IMG/VR virus record: IMGVR_UViG_3300008113_010842
DNA length: 60,918 bases
Strand: one strand, 5' to 3'
From: an uncultured virus (IMG/VR IMGVR_UViG_3300008113_010842)
Taxonomy: Duplodnaviria > Heunggongvirae > Uroviricota > Caudoviricetes
Made by a program: the position numbers and the translations under genes. Numbering within the stretch: position 1 is the stretch's first letter; each line of letters opens with the position of its first letter. The notes below the pieces were generated by a model. It made no database searches and was not told the origin of the DNA. It saw nothing but the letters and a program-made list of their open reading frames with translations. This document shows, in pieces, positions 1-9,800 of this stretch.

Positions 1-552
1 ATTGGTATTCCGGTATTCAATGCTGATGTTGTAATTAAATTTATCTTAAATTATGATTATGAAATCATGAATGAGATAAAAGATAAAATAGGTTCAGATG
101 CTTTTATAGAAGGAAAATTAAATTCAAATTACGTTATAAACAATAAGTTTTTTGATAAAATCTTAAATATTATTGAACCAAAAATTTTTAATGCCTATGA
201 AAAATTTGAAAAACAAAATACCCAATCAATTTATACTATTTTTTTAAGTAGTATTTTATTTGAAAGAGATTGGAATAAGAAAATGAATTATACTATTTCT
301 GTCTTTGCTCCAAAAAATGAAAGAATAAAAAGAGCAAAATATCTTACTGATATAGATATATCAAGTTTACATAAACTAAGTAATTCTGAATTAGATGAAT
401 TAGTTAAAAATAAAATGGCTGATTTTGTAATTCATAATTATGACTCAAGTATTGACAGTTTAGATGATGTGTGTTTGATAGATAAAAAAATAATTGATAA
501 TTATTTAAATATTCTCAGAAATGAAAAAAATAAGATTCAAGTTACTTTCTAG
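1..552 (+). CDS. coaE: Dephospho-CoA kinase-like protein (5' truncated by window edge)
   Basis: Frame open from base 1 (IGIPVFNADVVIK...); motifs ILFE, VFAP..ERIKR and ADFVIHN resemble CoaE. Confidence 0.6.
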   Translation: MGIPVFNADVVIKFILNYDYEIMNEIKDKIGSDAFIEGKLNSNYVINNKFFDKILNIIEPKIFNAYEKFEKQNTQSIYTIFLSSILFERDWNKKMNYTISVFAPKNERIKRAKYLTDIDISSLHKLSNSELDELVKNKMADFVIHNYDSSIDSLDDVCLIDKKIIDNYLNILRNEKNKIQVTF

Positions 553-958
553 ATGTGATAACAAACTTCAAGTTGTCAAATTAATTAAAGATTGTACCGG
601 ATTAGGTCTTAAAGATTCTAAAGATATTGCTGACTTAATGTTCAATAATGTTGGATTAGTAAGAGAAATTGAATTAACAGAACCTTATATAAGAGATGGT
701 AAAGTCTTTAATCCTTATCAAGAATTTACAAATAAAATAAAAGATTTTGGTGACTTTTATGTCACTGGTGGTCTTTCTTGGGAAAGAGATTATAAAATGT
801 TAAGCATAGGTGTTGGTGAAACAGAAGATTATGCTAATTTTATATCTGAATATATGAAACTTAACAACACTGATGAAAATAAAATAATATTAAATAGTCT
901 TTTTAATAAACTTAAAAAAGAAGATTTAGTTGAATTAGTAAATCAAATAAAAATATAA
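521..958 (+). CDS. Ribosomal protein bL12 (L7/L12) C-terminal-domain-containing protein
   Basis: NKLQVVKLIKDCTGLGLKDSKDIAD matches the bL12 CTD signature K+.V+K.++..TGLGLKE+K.+V. Confidence 0.75.
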   Translation: MKKIRFKLLSRCDNKLQVVKLIKDCTGLGLKDSKDIADLMFNNVGLVREIELTEPYIRDGKVFNPYQEFTNKIKDFGDFYVTGGLSWERDYKMLSIGVGETEDYANFISEYMKLNNTDENKIILNSLFNKLKKEDLVELVNQIKI

Positions 959-961
959 CAT

Positions 962-1357
962 ATGGCAAATGCATGGATTCATTCAAAATCTTCGGCTAGA
1001 AAATTCGGAGGAGAACCGGAAGATTATTTAAACATTCACATAAAAATGGATTGTTCAAAGGCCTATGTTGCCGATAACAGACATAGAGCACTCACTCATA
1101 CGAATTTCTGGATACACGAAGTAATGATTCCAATTTTTGGATATACAATTAAAAATTCAATTGATAAGGTTGTTTCTGTCAAAGATATATGTGAGCAACA
1201 TATTTTAGAGGATTTCGGAATGAAGTTTATTCCGACAGCTCAAGACTACTTAGAAAATATGGAATTTAAAGATTGGATGCAAAACGGAATTAAAGGACAT
1301 CCGAGTTCATTCGAGAAAATATCACAAAAAGGCAATATAAAAGTAAATTTAGACTAA
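962..1357 (+). CDS. Conserved phage protein (DUF6915-like)
   Basis: HSKSSARKFGGEPEDY..IH...D.SK....D.RHRAL.H pattern recalled for this family. Confidence 0.55.
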   Translation: MANAWIHSKSSARKFGGEPEDYLNIHIKMDCSKAYVADNRHRALTHTNFWIHEVMIPIFGYTIKNSIDKVVSVKDICEQHILEDFGMKFIPTAQDYLENMEFKDWMQNGIKGHPSSFEKISQKGNIKVNLD

Positions 1358-1358
1358 T

Positions 1359-2084
1359 ATGATAGTAATTTCAAAAATAGCAAATAAGAAACTTCTAAAA
1401 GGTCACCGATATGAAGTCCAGAATCTATGGAATAATGGATCTAACCAAAGATGGGTCGAGGGTAAAGTTCAATTACTTGGATTTGGTAGATACTCTGTTG
1501 ATAGTTTTACAGATACTAATGGAAGTCCTCTTCCTAAAACAAATTATACTTCCACTCAAATACAAGTTGAAAGATTTATTAAATTTGAAGATTGTAAAGA
1601 AGGTGAAATTTTAGTTTGTAATTCAGATCATTACAAAACTTTGGCTAAAGGATCGATGTATAAAATCGAAAAATTAGAAAAAATAGAATCTGAGGTTACT
1701 GGATTTGGTGGTAGAAAATGGAATCGAGTTGATACTAGTATAAAGTTTGAGGGTATAAAAAGAAAACTTAAATTCAATGGTTGGGCTTTTAGAAAGCTAA
1801 CCTCTGAAGAAAGTAGAGAAATATCTCTCGGATCTATTTTAAATGGAGAAGAACCAGCTATTGTGAAAACAGCCGATATTAGAAAAATTGACCTATCTGC
1901 TAATAAAAATAAAACTCTTATGGAGTCAATTGCCAAAACTATTCTTGATACAAACCGACACCATCTTTCAATTATTGACTGGACTTGTCAAAAAACAGGA
2001 GAGAAATTGAGAATAAAACCAGAAGATTTTAAGGAACTACTTGACATGAAGCTATCTGATATAATTGCAAAAATTGAAAAATAA
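1359..2084 (+). CDS. Hypothetical protein
   Basis: 241-aa ORF in a tightly packed + strand run. Confidence 0.8.
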   Translation: MIVISKIANKKLLKGHRYEVQNLWNNGSNQRWVEGKVQLLGFGRYSVDSFTDTNGSPLPKTNYTSTQIQVERFIKFEDCKEGEILVCNSDHYKTLAKGSMYKIEKLEKIESEVTGFGGRKWNRVDTSIKFEGIKRKLKFNGWAFRKLTSEESREISLGSILNGEEPAIVKTADIRKIDLSANKNKTLMESIAKTILDTNRHHLSIIDWTCQKTGEKLRIKPEDFKELLDMKLSDIIAKIEK

Positions 2085-2089
2085 ATAAT

Positions 2090-2581
2090 ATGACATACGA
2101 GGAAAAATTAAAAAAATTAAAAACTAAAAATTCAGAAATCAGTAGAATTCAAAATGAAGTGGTAAAACTATCATCTTCTATTTTTGACGATTTTAGAAAC
2201 TATATTTTTGATAAATACAATAAATTAGAATCTTTTGGATGGACGCAGTATACTCCCTACTTTAATGACGGCGAAGCCTGTACGTTTTGTGCAAATACCG
2301 ATTATTTAATTATAAATGGTGATTATGTTGATGAATCAAATTGGATTAGTCCGGTAAATATAATTAGTTGGGGGAATTGGAATACAGAAACAAAATCATA
2401 TGTTGGTAGAGTAGAAGAAGAAAATAAAAACTTTGATAAAAATTTATCAGATGCTTCTAATGAAATTATTGATTTCTTATCTAACTTTGATAACGAATTT
2501 TATCTAAGAAAATTTGGAGACCATGCCGAAATTATAGTAACTCGAACTGGTGTTGATATTTCTGACTATGACCACGATTAA
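2090..2581 (+). CDS. Hypothetical phage protein
   Basis: 163-aa ORF with WTQYTPYFNDGEAC.F motif. Confidence 0.8.
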   Translation: MTYEEKLKKLKTKNSEISRIQNEVVKLSSSIFDDFRNYIFDKYNKLESFGWTQYTPYFNDGEACTFCANTDYLIINGDYVDESNWISPVNIISWGNWNTETKSYVGRVEEENKNFDKNLSDASNEIIDFLSNFDNEFYLRKFGDHAEIIVTRTGVDISDYDHD

Positions 2582-2855
2582 GATTTTTATTTTTTGTTTT
2601 CTTTTTAATTTTTTTACTTTTACTCAAAATACTATCAAATTGAAAAGAGAACATTTTTTAAGCGGTTGCGTAACAGCAACCGCTTCTATTTTACCTCATT
2701 ATATTGCTATCAATACATATACTAATAATAAAAATAATCCATATTCTTATCTTTATACTGGTGTTTGGTTTTCATTTGGTTTGACACTTGATATTAAAGC
2801 CACTAAACATTTTATAGAATATCATAAATTAAAAAAGAAATCCTTATCTTTGTAA
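2550..2855 (+). CDS. Hypothetical membrane protein (start uncertain)
   Basis: Hydrophobic segments; fills the gap between neighbours. Confidence 0.55.
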   Translation: MLIFLTMTTIKIFIFCFLFNFFTFTQNTIKLKREHFLSGCVTATASILPHYIAINTYTNNKNNPYSYLYTGVWFSFGLTLDIKATKHFIEYHKLKKKSLSL

Positions 2856-2856
2856 C

Positions 2857-3084
2857 ATGAAAAGAGGTGATATTGTTATTTGTGTTACCAATAAAATGTA
2901 TGGTCAAGAATATCCACTAAATATAGGAGAGAAATATATTATTGATGATATTATTGAAATGTCTGAAAAAAAAATAGTGCAGGTTTCTGATATTGAAAAA
3001 AAAGAAATTGGATTATATGATGATAGACATTTCATACCATTAGATATTTGGCGTGAATTTCAACTTAAAAAAGTTTTAGAATAA
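2857..3084 (+). CDS. Hypothetical protein
   Basis: 75-aa ORF just after a TATCTTTG element. Confidence 0.7.
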   Translation: MKRGDIVICVTNKMYGQEYPLNIGEKYIIDDIIEMSEKKIVQVSDIEKKEIGLYDDRHFIPLDIWREFQLKKVLE

Positions 3085-3824
3085 TGTATAATAAAATATA
3101 TGATTTTTGTAAAGTTAGAAATGAAGGAAATATCTTTCAAAATTCTGATGTACCAACACCGCGAGTTCAATTTCTAATCGATTTTATTAAATCAGAAGGA
3201 ATAAATTTTGAGTTAGATAAATTTGAGACTTCTGGAACTTATGGGTATAATATCATTATGAAAGGCACTTCTGATAGAATGGTTGTTGCTCATCACGATA
3301 TAGTAAATCCTCTAATTGACAATGCCAATGATAACTCAGCATCTTGTATCAACGCTATTATGGTAAAAAAATTGATGCCACATATAAATGTTGTTTTAGT
3401 TGATGGTGAAGAATGTGGTGGAATTGGAAGTCAAAGATTGTCTAATCAAATTTTAGATGATAATTTTGGATGTATCGACTGGGTTCTCAATTTAGAATTG
3501 ACGGGTAGAGGCGGAAAACATTTCTTTATTGGAAACTATTCAGGTAAATTACACGAACACATAAAATCACTATTTAAGTGTCCTGTAGTAAATACTCCTT
3601 ACAATGACTCTGTAACTTTAAGAAGAAATGGTATAGACTCTTGTGTCATTAATCCACTACCTCCTCTATTGGAAGGTACCTCATCTGTGAAATGGAATGA
3701 TACTACTTATTTAGATTATTCAATGCTTTTGAATTGTCATTCAAAACGCGATACTATTGACACTATTTGTCCAAATGATATGAAGGAATTTGTTGAAGAA
3801 GTGATTTTAAAAATATTAAATTAA
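3084..3824 (+). CDS. M28-family zinc peptidase
   Basis: AHHD, ANDNSAS, DGEE, NLE and late His metal-ligand motifs. Confidence 0.8.
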   Translation: MYNKIYDFCKVRNEGNIFQNSDVPTPRVQFLIDFIKSEGINFELDKFETSGTYGYNIIMKGTSDRMVVAHHDIVNPLIDNANDNSASCINAIMVKKLMPHINVVLVDGEECGGIGSQRLSNQILDDNFGCIDWVLNLELTGRGGKHFFIGNYSGKLHEHIKSLFKCPVVNTPYNDSVTLRRNGIDSCVINPLPPLLEGTSSVKWNDTTYLDYSMLLNCHSKRDTIDTICPNDMKEFVEEVILKILN

Positions 3825-4064
3825 ATCCCAGATTTCAGTTTCAACGTCTTTTTCTAATATAGAATGATCTTTATTAATCAACTCTATTAAGTTTGTCATT
3901 TTTGATTCTAAAACAATCCAATCTGTGTGATTTAAAAATTCAGAATAATCTATATCATGAATTAAATTATCCGTTGGAAAGACAAATTTGCCTTTTCCGT
4001 TGATGAATATCAATTTGCACATCTCAACAAATTTTTGCTTTATATCTAATTCTGAATTAATCAT
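3816..4064 (-). CDS. Hypothetical protein
   Basis: 82-aa ORF preceded by TATATTTG on the minus strand. Confidence 0.65.
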   Translation of the reverse strand: MINSELDIKQKFVEMCKLIFINGKGKFVFPTDNLIHDIDYSEFLNHTDWIVLESKMTNLIELINKDHSILEKDVETEIWDLI

Positions 4065-4084
4065 ATCACAAATATAAGAAAATT

Positions 4085-4576
4085 TTAGAAAATGTCAATA
4101 AATCTTATGACATCATTTCCTTTTTTACCAGGAAGTATTGTAATTATTTTTACCTCGTATATACCATCAATATATTCATCAATACTGAAGTCTAATATTA
4201 TAGTAAAATTATACTCAGTTGAGTATAGTGAGTATTTTCCAGAGGCATATAATTCTTTACCAACCATATCTGGAAATATTTTATTGAATTCCGTCTTGAA
4301 ATATTGATTGAAATCCTCAACGCTGTTAAAAGACGTTCTTTCTTTTATCCTTTTTATAAGATTGTGTGTTGCTGAATCATTCCATTCAATTTCAAATTGA
4401 ATTTTTTTATTATTGACTCTTTTTTTAAGTGTTATAAATCTAACTAATTTTTTACTTATATCAAATTCAGCATCTTTTATCTTTTGCATTTCTTTGGCCA
4501 ATTCTGAATCTCCTTTTATATTTAAAAGATCTGCTAATCGTGCCTCTAAAAATAATTTATAATTCTTAATAATCAT
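4085..4576 (-). CDS. Hypothetical protein, possible virion internal protein
   Basis: N-terminal MIIKNYKLFLEA motif; upstream TTTTATATATA. Confidence 0.7.
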   Translation of the reverse strand: MIIKNYKLFLEARLADLLNIKGDSELAKEMQKIKDAEFDISKKLVRFITLKKRVNNKKIQFEIEWNDSATHNLIKRIKERTSFNSVEDFNQYFKTEFNKIFPDMVGKELYASGKYSLYSTEYNFTIILDFSIDEYIDGIYEVKIITILPGKKGNDVIRFIDIF

Positions 4577-4587
4577 AAACTATATAT

Positions 4588-4617
4588 AAAAAAACCTCAG
4601 AATAATTCTGAGGTTTT
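4588..4617 (-). terminator. Intrinsic terminator after the bS1-like gene
   Basis: Perfect 12-bp inverted repeat AAAACCTCAGAA/TTCTGAGGTTTT with U-tract on the minus strand. Confidence 0.8.
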
Positions 4618-4626
4618 AGGAATCAA

Positions 4627-5724
4627 TTAAGCTACTGTTAGGAAAATTTTCCTACTTGTTCTATCAACTGATAGAACTTTTACTTTTAAATCTTGGCCCG
4701 GTGTAAACTTCTTTTTCAATTTTTCCATCTCGGAAGTATGAATGAGTCCAACGGTTTCTTCATCAAGATTTACTAATGTTCCGAAAGGTTTTACATCTTT
4801 TACAGAACCTTCAATTACCTGACCATTTTTGATAGTGTCCCACAATGTTTCTCTAAGAATTTGTGTAAGAATTAACTTAGGTAAATATTTATCTCGAATA
4901 ATTTCTTTAATGTAGAAAGTAATCTCGAAGCCTGGCTTAATTTCATTGATTCTTTCTTGCCATTCAGGATTAATGTTAGCTTTATGAATCATGCCTGTAA
5001 GACACTCGTTGAATTCAACAAATACTCCGAATGGAGTTGTGCCTGTCACATGTCCGTCATAGGTCACATTATATTCAAGATTTTTTACTGCTTCAGGAAT
5101 TAACGTTTGTAAATATTTTCTTCTACTTACAATGTAAGTTCCTTCCTGTTCAGCATAAGATTCGATCATTACCTCAAATGTTTGACCAACGATTGAGTTA
5201 GGATCGTGTAACTTATTGATTCCTGCTAATGTGTTAGGCATAAAACCAGGTAGTGTTACACCACCATGCATAAGTTCAACGTCATATCCAGCAGGATTTA
5301 GTGATTTAATGTGAGCTGTAACTGAAGCTCCTTCCTCAAGAGATTTCAGATTTTGATGAGCTCTAGATTCATAAAGTTCAGATATACTTCCTCTAATGTA
5401 AAAGTGGTTATTATCAACATTTACGATGAGCACATCAACAAAGTCACCTTCTGATACGTTTTTTAGATATTTGCTTTCTGAAGTTCTATTTTCAACTCGA
5501 ATATCATCTTTATATCCTGGAACATGAAATACATGTTGATTTGCATTCAGTCCTTGATATTCTGCTGAGATAATGTCACCTTTATTTGGAATTTTCAAAG
5601 CAGTTTTTTCATAAAGTTTTGCCAATTCTTTGTAAGAATCGCTTTTTTGTCTTGATTTAAATGAGCTATCGTCAAATAAGTAGTCAAGTTCTGGGTTTCC
5701 GATTATTGTTTCTGTCATATTCAT
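4627..5724 (-). CDS. rpsA: Ribosomal protein bS1-like multi-S1-domain RNA-binding protein
   Basis: About four S1 repeats (GHVTGTTPFGVFVEF..LTGMIH; GSVKDVKPFGTLVNL...GLIHTSE...KVKVLSVD...KIFL) plus IVSRR linker. Confidence 0.8.
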   Translation of the reverse strand: MNMTETIIGNPELDYLFDDSSFKSRQKSDSYKELAKLYEKTALKIPNKGDIISAEYQGLNANQHVFHVPGYKDDIRVENRTSESKYLKNVSEGDFVDVLIVNVDNNHFYIRGSISELYESRAHQNLKSLEEGASVTAHIKSLNPAGYDVELMHGGVTLPGFMPNTLAGINKLHDPNSIVGQTFEVMIESYAEQEGTYIVSRRKYLQTLIPEAVKNLEYNVTYDGHVTGTTPFGVFVEFNECLTGMIHKANINPEWQERINEIKPGFEITFYIKEIIRDKYLPKLILTQILRETLWDTIKNGQVIEGSVKDVKPFGTLVNLDEETVGLIHTSEMEKLKKKFTPGQDLKVKVLSVDRTSRKIFLTVA

Positions 5725-5769
5725 ATTATTTAAAAGTTAAAGTTTCTATTGATATTAGTAATAAAAGTT

Positions 5770-6165
5770 TTATTTATTTGAAATTCTTTTTATTTTTTTC
5801 ATTTTCATCCAATCTCTTATATGAGCGGCCTCCTCGAATCTTTCTTCAGATATTAAATTATCTAGCTTTTGATTTATTTCTTTCTGAATTTCTTCTTGTG
5901 ATTTTTTTACCATTTCTTTTTCATCGATTAATGAAGCATAAAAGTCTTCCATCTGTGATATGCTTATAAAATTAAGTGGTTTCGGATTATTTTGATTTAT
6001 ATTCTCATCGGAGGATAAATTATCAAGATTAGTATTATTCAAAACACTTTCTATAAATTTCTTATTTAATGCAGAATTATCAAGTAAATATTTTGCTAAA
6101 TGATAAGGCCTATTTTTGAATAACTTCAATAAGGTAATCAAATTTTTATAAGAATCACTTTCCAT
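5770..6165 (-). CDS. Protein with C-terminal UVR (UvrB/UvrC) coiled-coil motif
   Basis: LDNLISEERFEEAAHIRD. Confidence 0.7.
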   Translation of the reverse strand: MESDSYKNLITLLKLFKNRPYHLAKYLLDNSALNKKFIESVLNNTNLDNLSSDENINQNNPKPLNFISISQMEDFYASLIDEKEMVKKSQEEIQKEINQKLDNLISEERFEEAAHIRDWMKMKKIKRISNK

Positions 6166-6195
6166 AAATAATTTATGAATAAATCTTAATAAAGT

Positions 6196-6882
6196 TTATA
6201 TTTTCTCATACAAAAGATTGAAGAAATAATTAAAACAATATTCTTGACTTGATTTTTCTTGGCTAAAGATAACTTTAATCTCTGAATCATCAAAAGCAGT
6301 TTCTGTTTGAATTTTAGACAAAATGTTTTCCTGTTTTAAATCTGATTTCCAATAGTTTTTATACCTTAGAATATCTTGGTCTCTTAAATCTTTATATTCA
6401 ACAAATAACTCTATAGAACTAAATTTATATCTATTTAAAACATTATAGTCAATATACTTTCTTATAGACACATTTATATCTCCCTCGGAAACCATATTTG
6501 ATTTTAAACCTTCAAATGTTCTATATTTTTTTAAAGTAGCAAATAAATAACTATAAAATATTTCTTTTAGATTCACTTTTAAAATCCACCTTGTGTTTCC
6601 ATTTTTTTGAAAACTATTCTGAGACTCGTCTAAAATCAAAGTATGATTTTGTAATTTATTTGTAGATGATGAAAAAACATAAGGTTGTAAAGATGACTCG
6701 ATAGCATAGTCTAATTGTTCACCTGTCTGTTTTTGATAATAAATTAATTCTTGATTATCTATAGAAATAAAATCTTCAACTTCTAACATCTTTGCTGAAA
6801 AAAAATTACTTTCTTCATACATATTATATGAGCCATATATATTGTTATTTTTAAATTCAGGTGTAATGTATGTTCTTCTCAT
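6196..6882 (-). CDS. Hypothetical protein, probably virion-associated
   Basis: 228-aa ORF directly after two giant ORFs in the same operon. Confidence 0.75.
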   Translation of the reverse strand: MRRTYITPEFKNNNIYGSYNMYEESNFFSAKMLEVEDFISIDNQELIYYQKQTGEQLDYAIESSLQPYVFSSSTNKLQNHTLILDESQNSFQKNGNTRWILKVNLKEIFYSYLFATLKKYRTFEGLKSNMVSEGDINVSIRKYIDYNVLNRYKFSSIELFVEYKDLRDQDILRYKNYWKSDLKQENILSKIQTETAFDDSEIKVIFSQEKSSQEYCFNYFFNLLYEKI

Positions 6883-6883
6883 A

Positions 6884-9800
6884 TCATAGATTTAAATTTT
6901 GGTCTTGTGATGAAATTGGTTTACCTATGCTACTGACTACCTCGTTTGGAATGTTTAAAAGTGCATTACTTACATTTACAAAATACTTTATATCATTGAC
7001 TACGGTCTCGTTATGATATTGTGTGTCCCATGTACTTCTAAAAATAAAAAAGTCTTCATATGAATAACCAAATTCATCAATCATTGGATATATGGATTTA
7101 AATTCTTTTTTATCTCTGAGTTTCAATAGCGAACCTTTTCTATTAACTTTTCTAAATTTTCTTTCTTTTATCATTCCAAACTCAGTAAGTGAAGTATCAA
7201 ATTTATAATTTCCTACCTCTTTATATTCAAAGTCTTTCTCAAATAATTGTATGTCGTAAAATAATGGCATATAATAACCACTAAATCTATATAAATCATC
7301 TTTTACAAAATTTTGATTTCCATGAAAATTTTCAAAAACTTTTGGCTCAAATTTGTTTTCTATAATATTGTATGCTAGTGGTACATCATTATACCAATTC
7401 AAATTTAAAAGTGTCTTTATATTACCATCTTTTAATTTTTTAAATGGTTTCAAATCTGGTGGCGATTCTAAAGCTACAAAATCTAAAGACTTGATTTTGA
7501 CCTCAAGTAATTCAGGAACTTCAGCTGTAAGTAAATAAGGAAGACTATTAATATTATTATCAAAGCTATAATTATTTATAGTTCCATCTTTTTCTATTAT
7601 GACATATTTAATATAATCAGTAAAGTCATATTTATTTGATATATCATTTACACATCTTATGAAGTTATATGCTGTAAGCTTTTTGTATAAATCAGTGTAA
7701 ATTGTATCTCTATCACTATTATTGATATTTGGTAATGTATTATCATTTATATTAATATTTACAAATATATTTTTCCATTTTTTATTCACATAAACAACTA
7801 TACCATTTTCTAAAGTTGAATCTGTAGTATTTGAATTTATCAAATAATATTTGTTATTCATTTCAATAATTGAGTTAGCGTAAGAATTATAAACAAAGTT
7901 AGTGTCAGGCTCAAAGCTATATTTTCTAATCCACAAAGGTGATATACCTGGTTCTTTTTCAGCCATTATAGATGTTAAGGTTGGCGCTGAGGCATAAACA
8001 GTGTTTTCATGAACAACTAACTTTTCTCCAGTAAATACATAATTTTGACTTGGATTCCACATTTCTATTGGTTTCCAATTAGGGTTATTAGATTGAGTTG
8101 CTGTCCAGAATTTTCTTAGTTTAAATGAGAATCCTGTAAATGTACCATTGATACTTGTTTTAGGTTTCTTTTCAAACCAAGGTGTTGTATAATCGGGTGA
8201 AAAGTTATTACTTGCAGTTAATGACATATAATATTTTCCTTTAAAAAGGACAATATCACCATAATCATAACCAACAATTAAACTTGCTATACTTGGATTC
8301 CAAAAATCATCACCAGATGAGGTAGCATAATAATAATATTCACCATGATTATAAACAAAATCACCTAAATTATAAGTTGCCATCGGTGACCAGAATATAG
8401 TATTATCATCTGGATTGAAGTAGTCCCAATCATTTATATTATATGGTGCTGATTTAACTTGCTTTAAACTTATCAATTGAAAAGGTTTTTTTGCATTTTC
8501 GATATCAATATCTGAATTCGATTTATATAAAATATCCTCAAAAACAACTATTGAGTCTTTTTTATATTCTTTATCCATTTGCCATTCATCTACTATAGAC
8601 CAATTCATTTCATTGTTATAGGATTCCCAATAGTGGCACCAAGAACCACTACAACCAGTTGGAAATACCAATTTATCAATGTAAGAAGATATACTCCAAT
8701 AGGTTTGAATTACTCTTGTCCAATCTGAATCAATTGGATAATCTTGATTTTCATTTGAATATGCGTATATTAAAGTTGCATTTATACCATCAAATGATTC
8801 ATATATTTCCCATCTTTCTAAAGCTGATGACCAAATACAATATGCTTCAATATCATTATCTTCATCAGTCAATTTATAGTAATATTTACCATTGAATGGA
8901 ATTGTAGATTTGATACCTATTAATGTTTGAAATAATCCTACTGAAACCTGAAATTTAAAATATAAAGGTGAGTTACTCTCATCACCTATAAGACTTATCG
9001 TATCATTTAAGTCCCAATCTGTTAAATTATCTTCATAGATAGAAAAAGTTCCTGTGTTACAACTGGATTCCAATTTAATTTTTGAACCAGGTTTTAGTCT
9101 ATCAATGTAACCTGGGCCTACAAAAACTCTATTTTCTAATTTTACTAAAGAAAAGTTAGTTATATTATTACTCGATGTTCCATTTATTGTAACTGATATT
9201 TGTGTTGGAGTCGCTGTTGGTCCAATTATTTTTACTTCACTAATGTATAAATTAGTAAGTTGTCCATTGAGCTTCAAATACCAACCTAAGTAATTGTATA
9301 TCTCTAATTCAGTTGTTGTGTGTGTCAAAAGACCACCGTTCCACGTTAAAGTCGTTGTTGAATAATCAATTGTCTCTACTTGTTGAGAACTAATAGATAA
9401 GTCAAAACAAGTTGTTTCACTAAATGGTTTATTATTATCTGATAATAATATAGAAAATTTATAATCTTCAAAATTATTTGAATTTTTGAGACTTATAGTA
9501 TCTATTGAACCAGAATCATCTAAACTTATACCATCTACATCATACATTCTGAATTCGATACCTCTGAAAAGAGTCATATTTGGTATTGATGAATCACCAA
9601 TATTAAATTCTGAGTATTTTTTTACATTTTTTTGAATAAGTGATTTTAAAAAATGTTGCTTAGTTTCAAAAAATGATGTAAAATAATCAAAATCATATAC
9701 TTTACTTGAAGTACCAAAGGAATAGGTAGCTGTTCCTAAATATTTATCTATATCAAATCTATATGTGGTGTCAATTACACCTGATTCAACTTTTTCAACA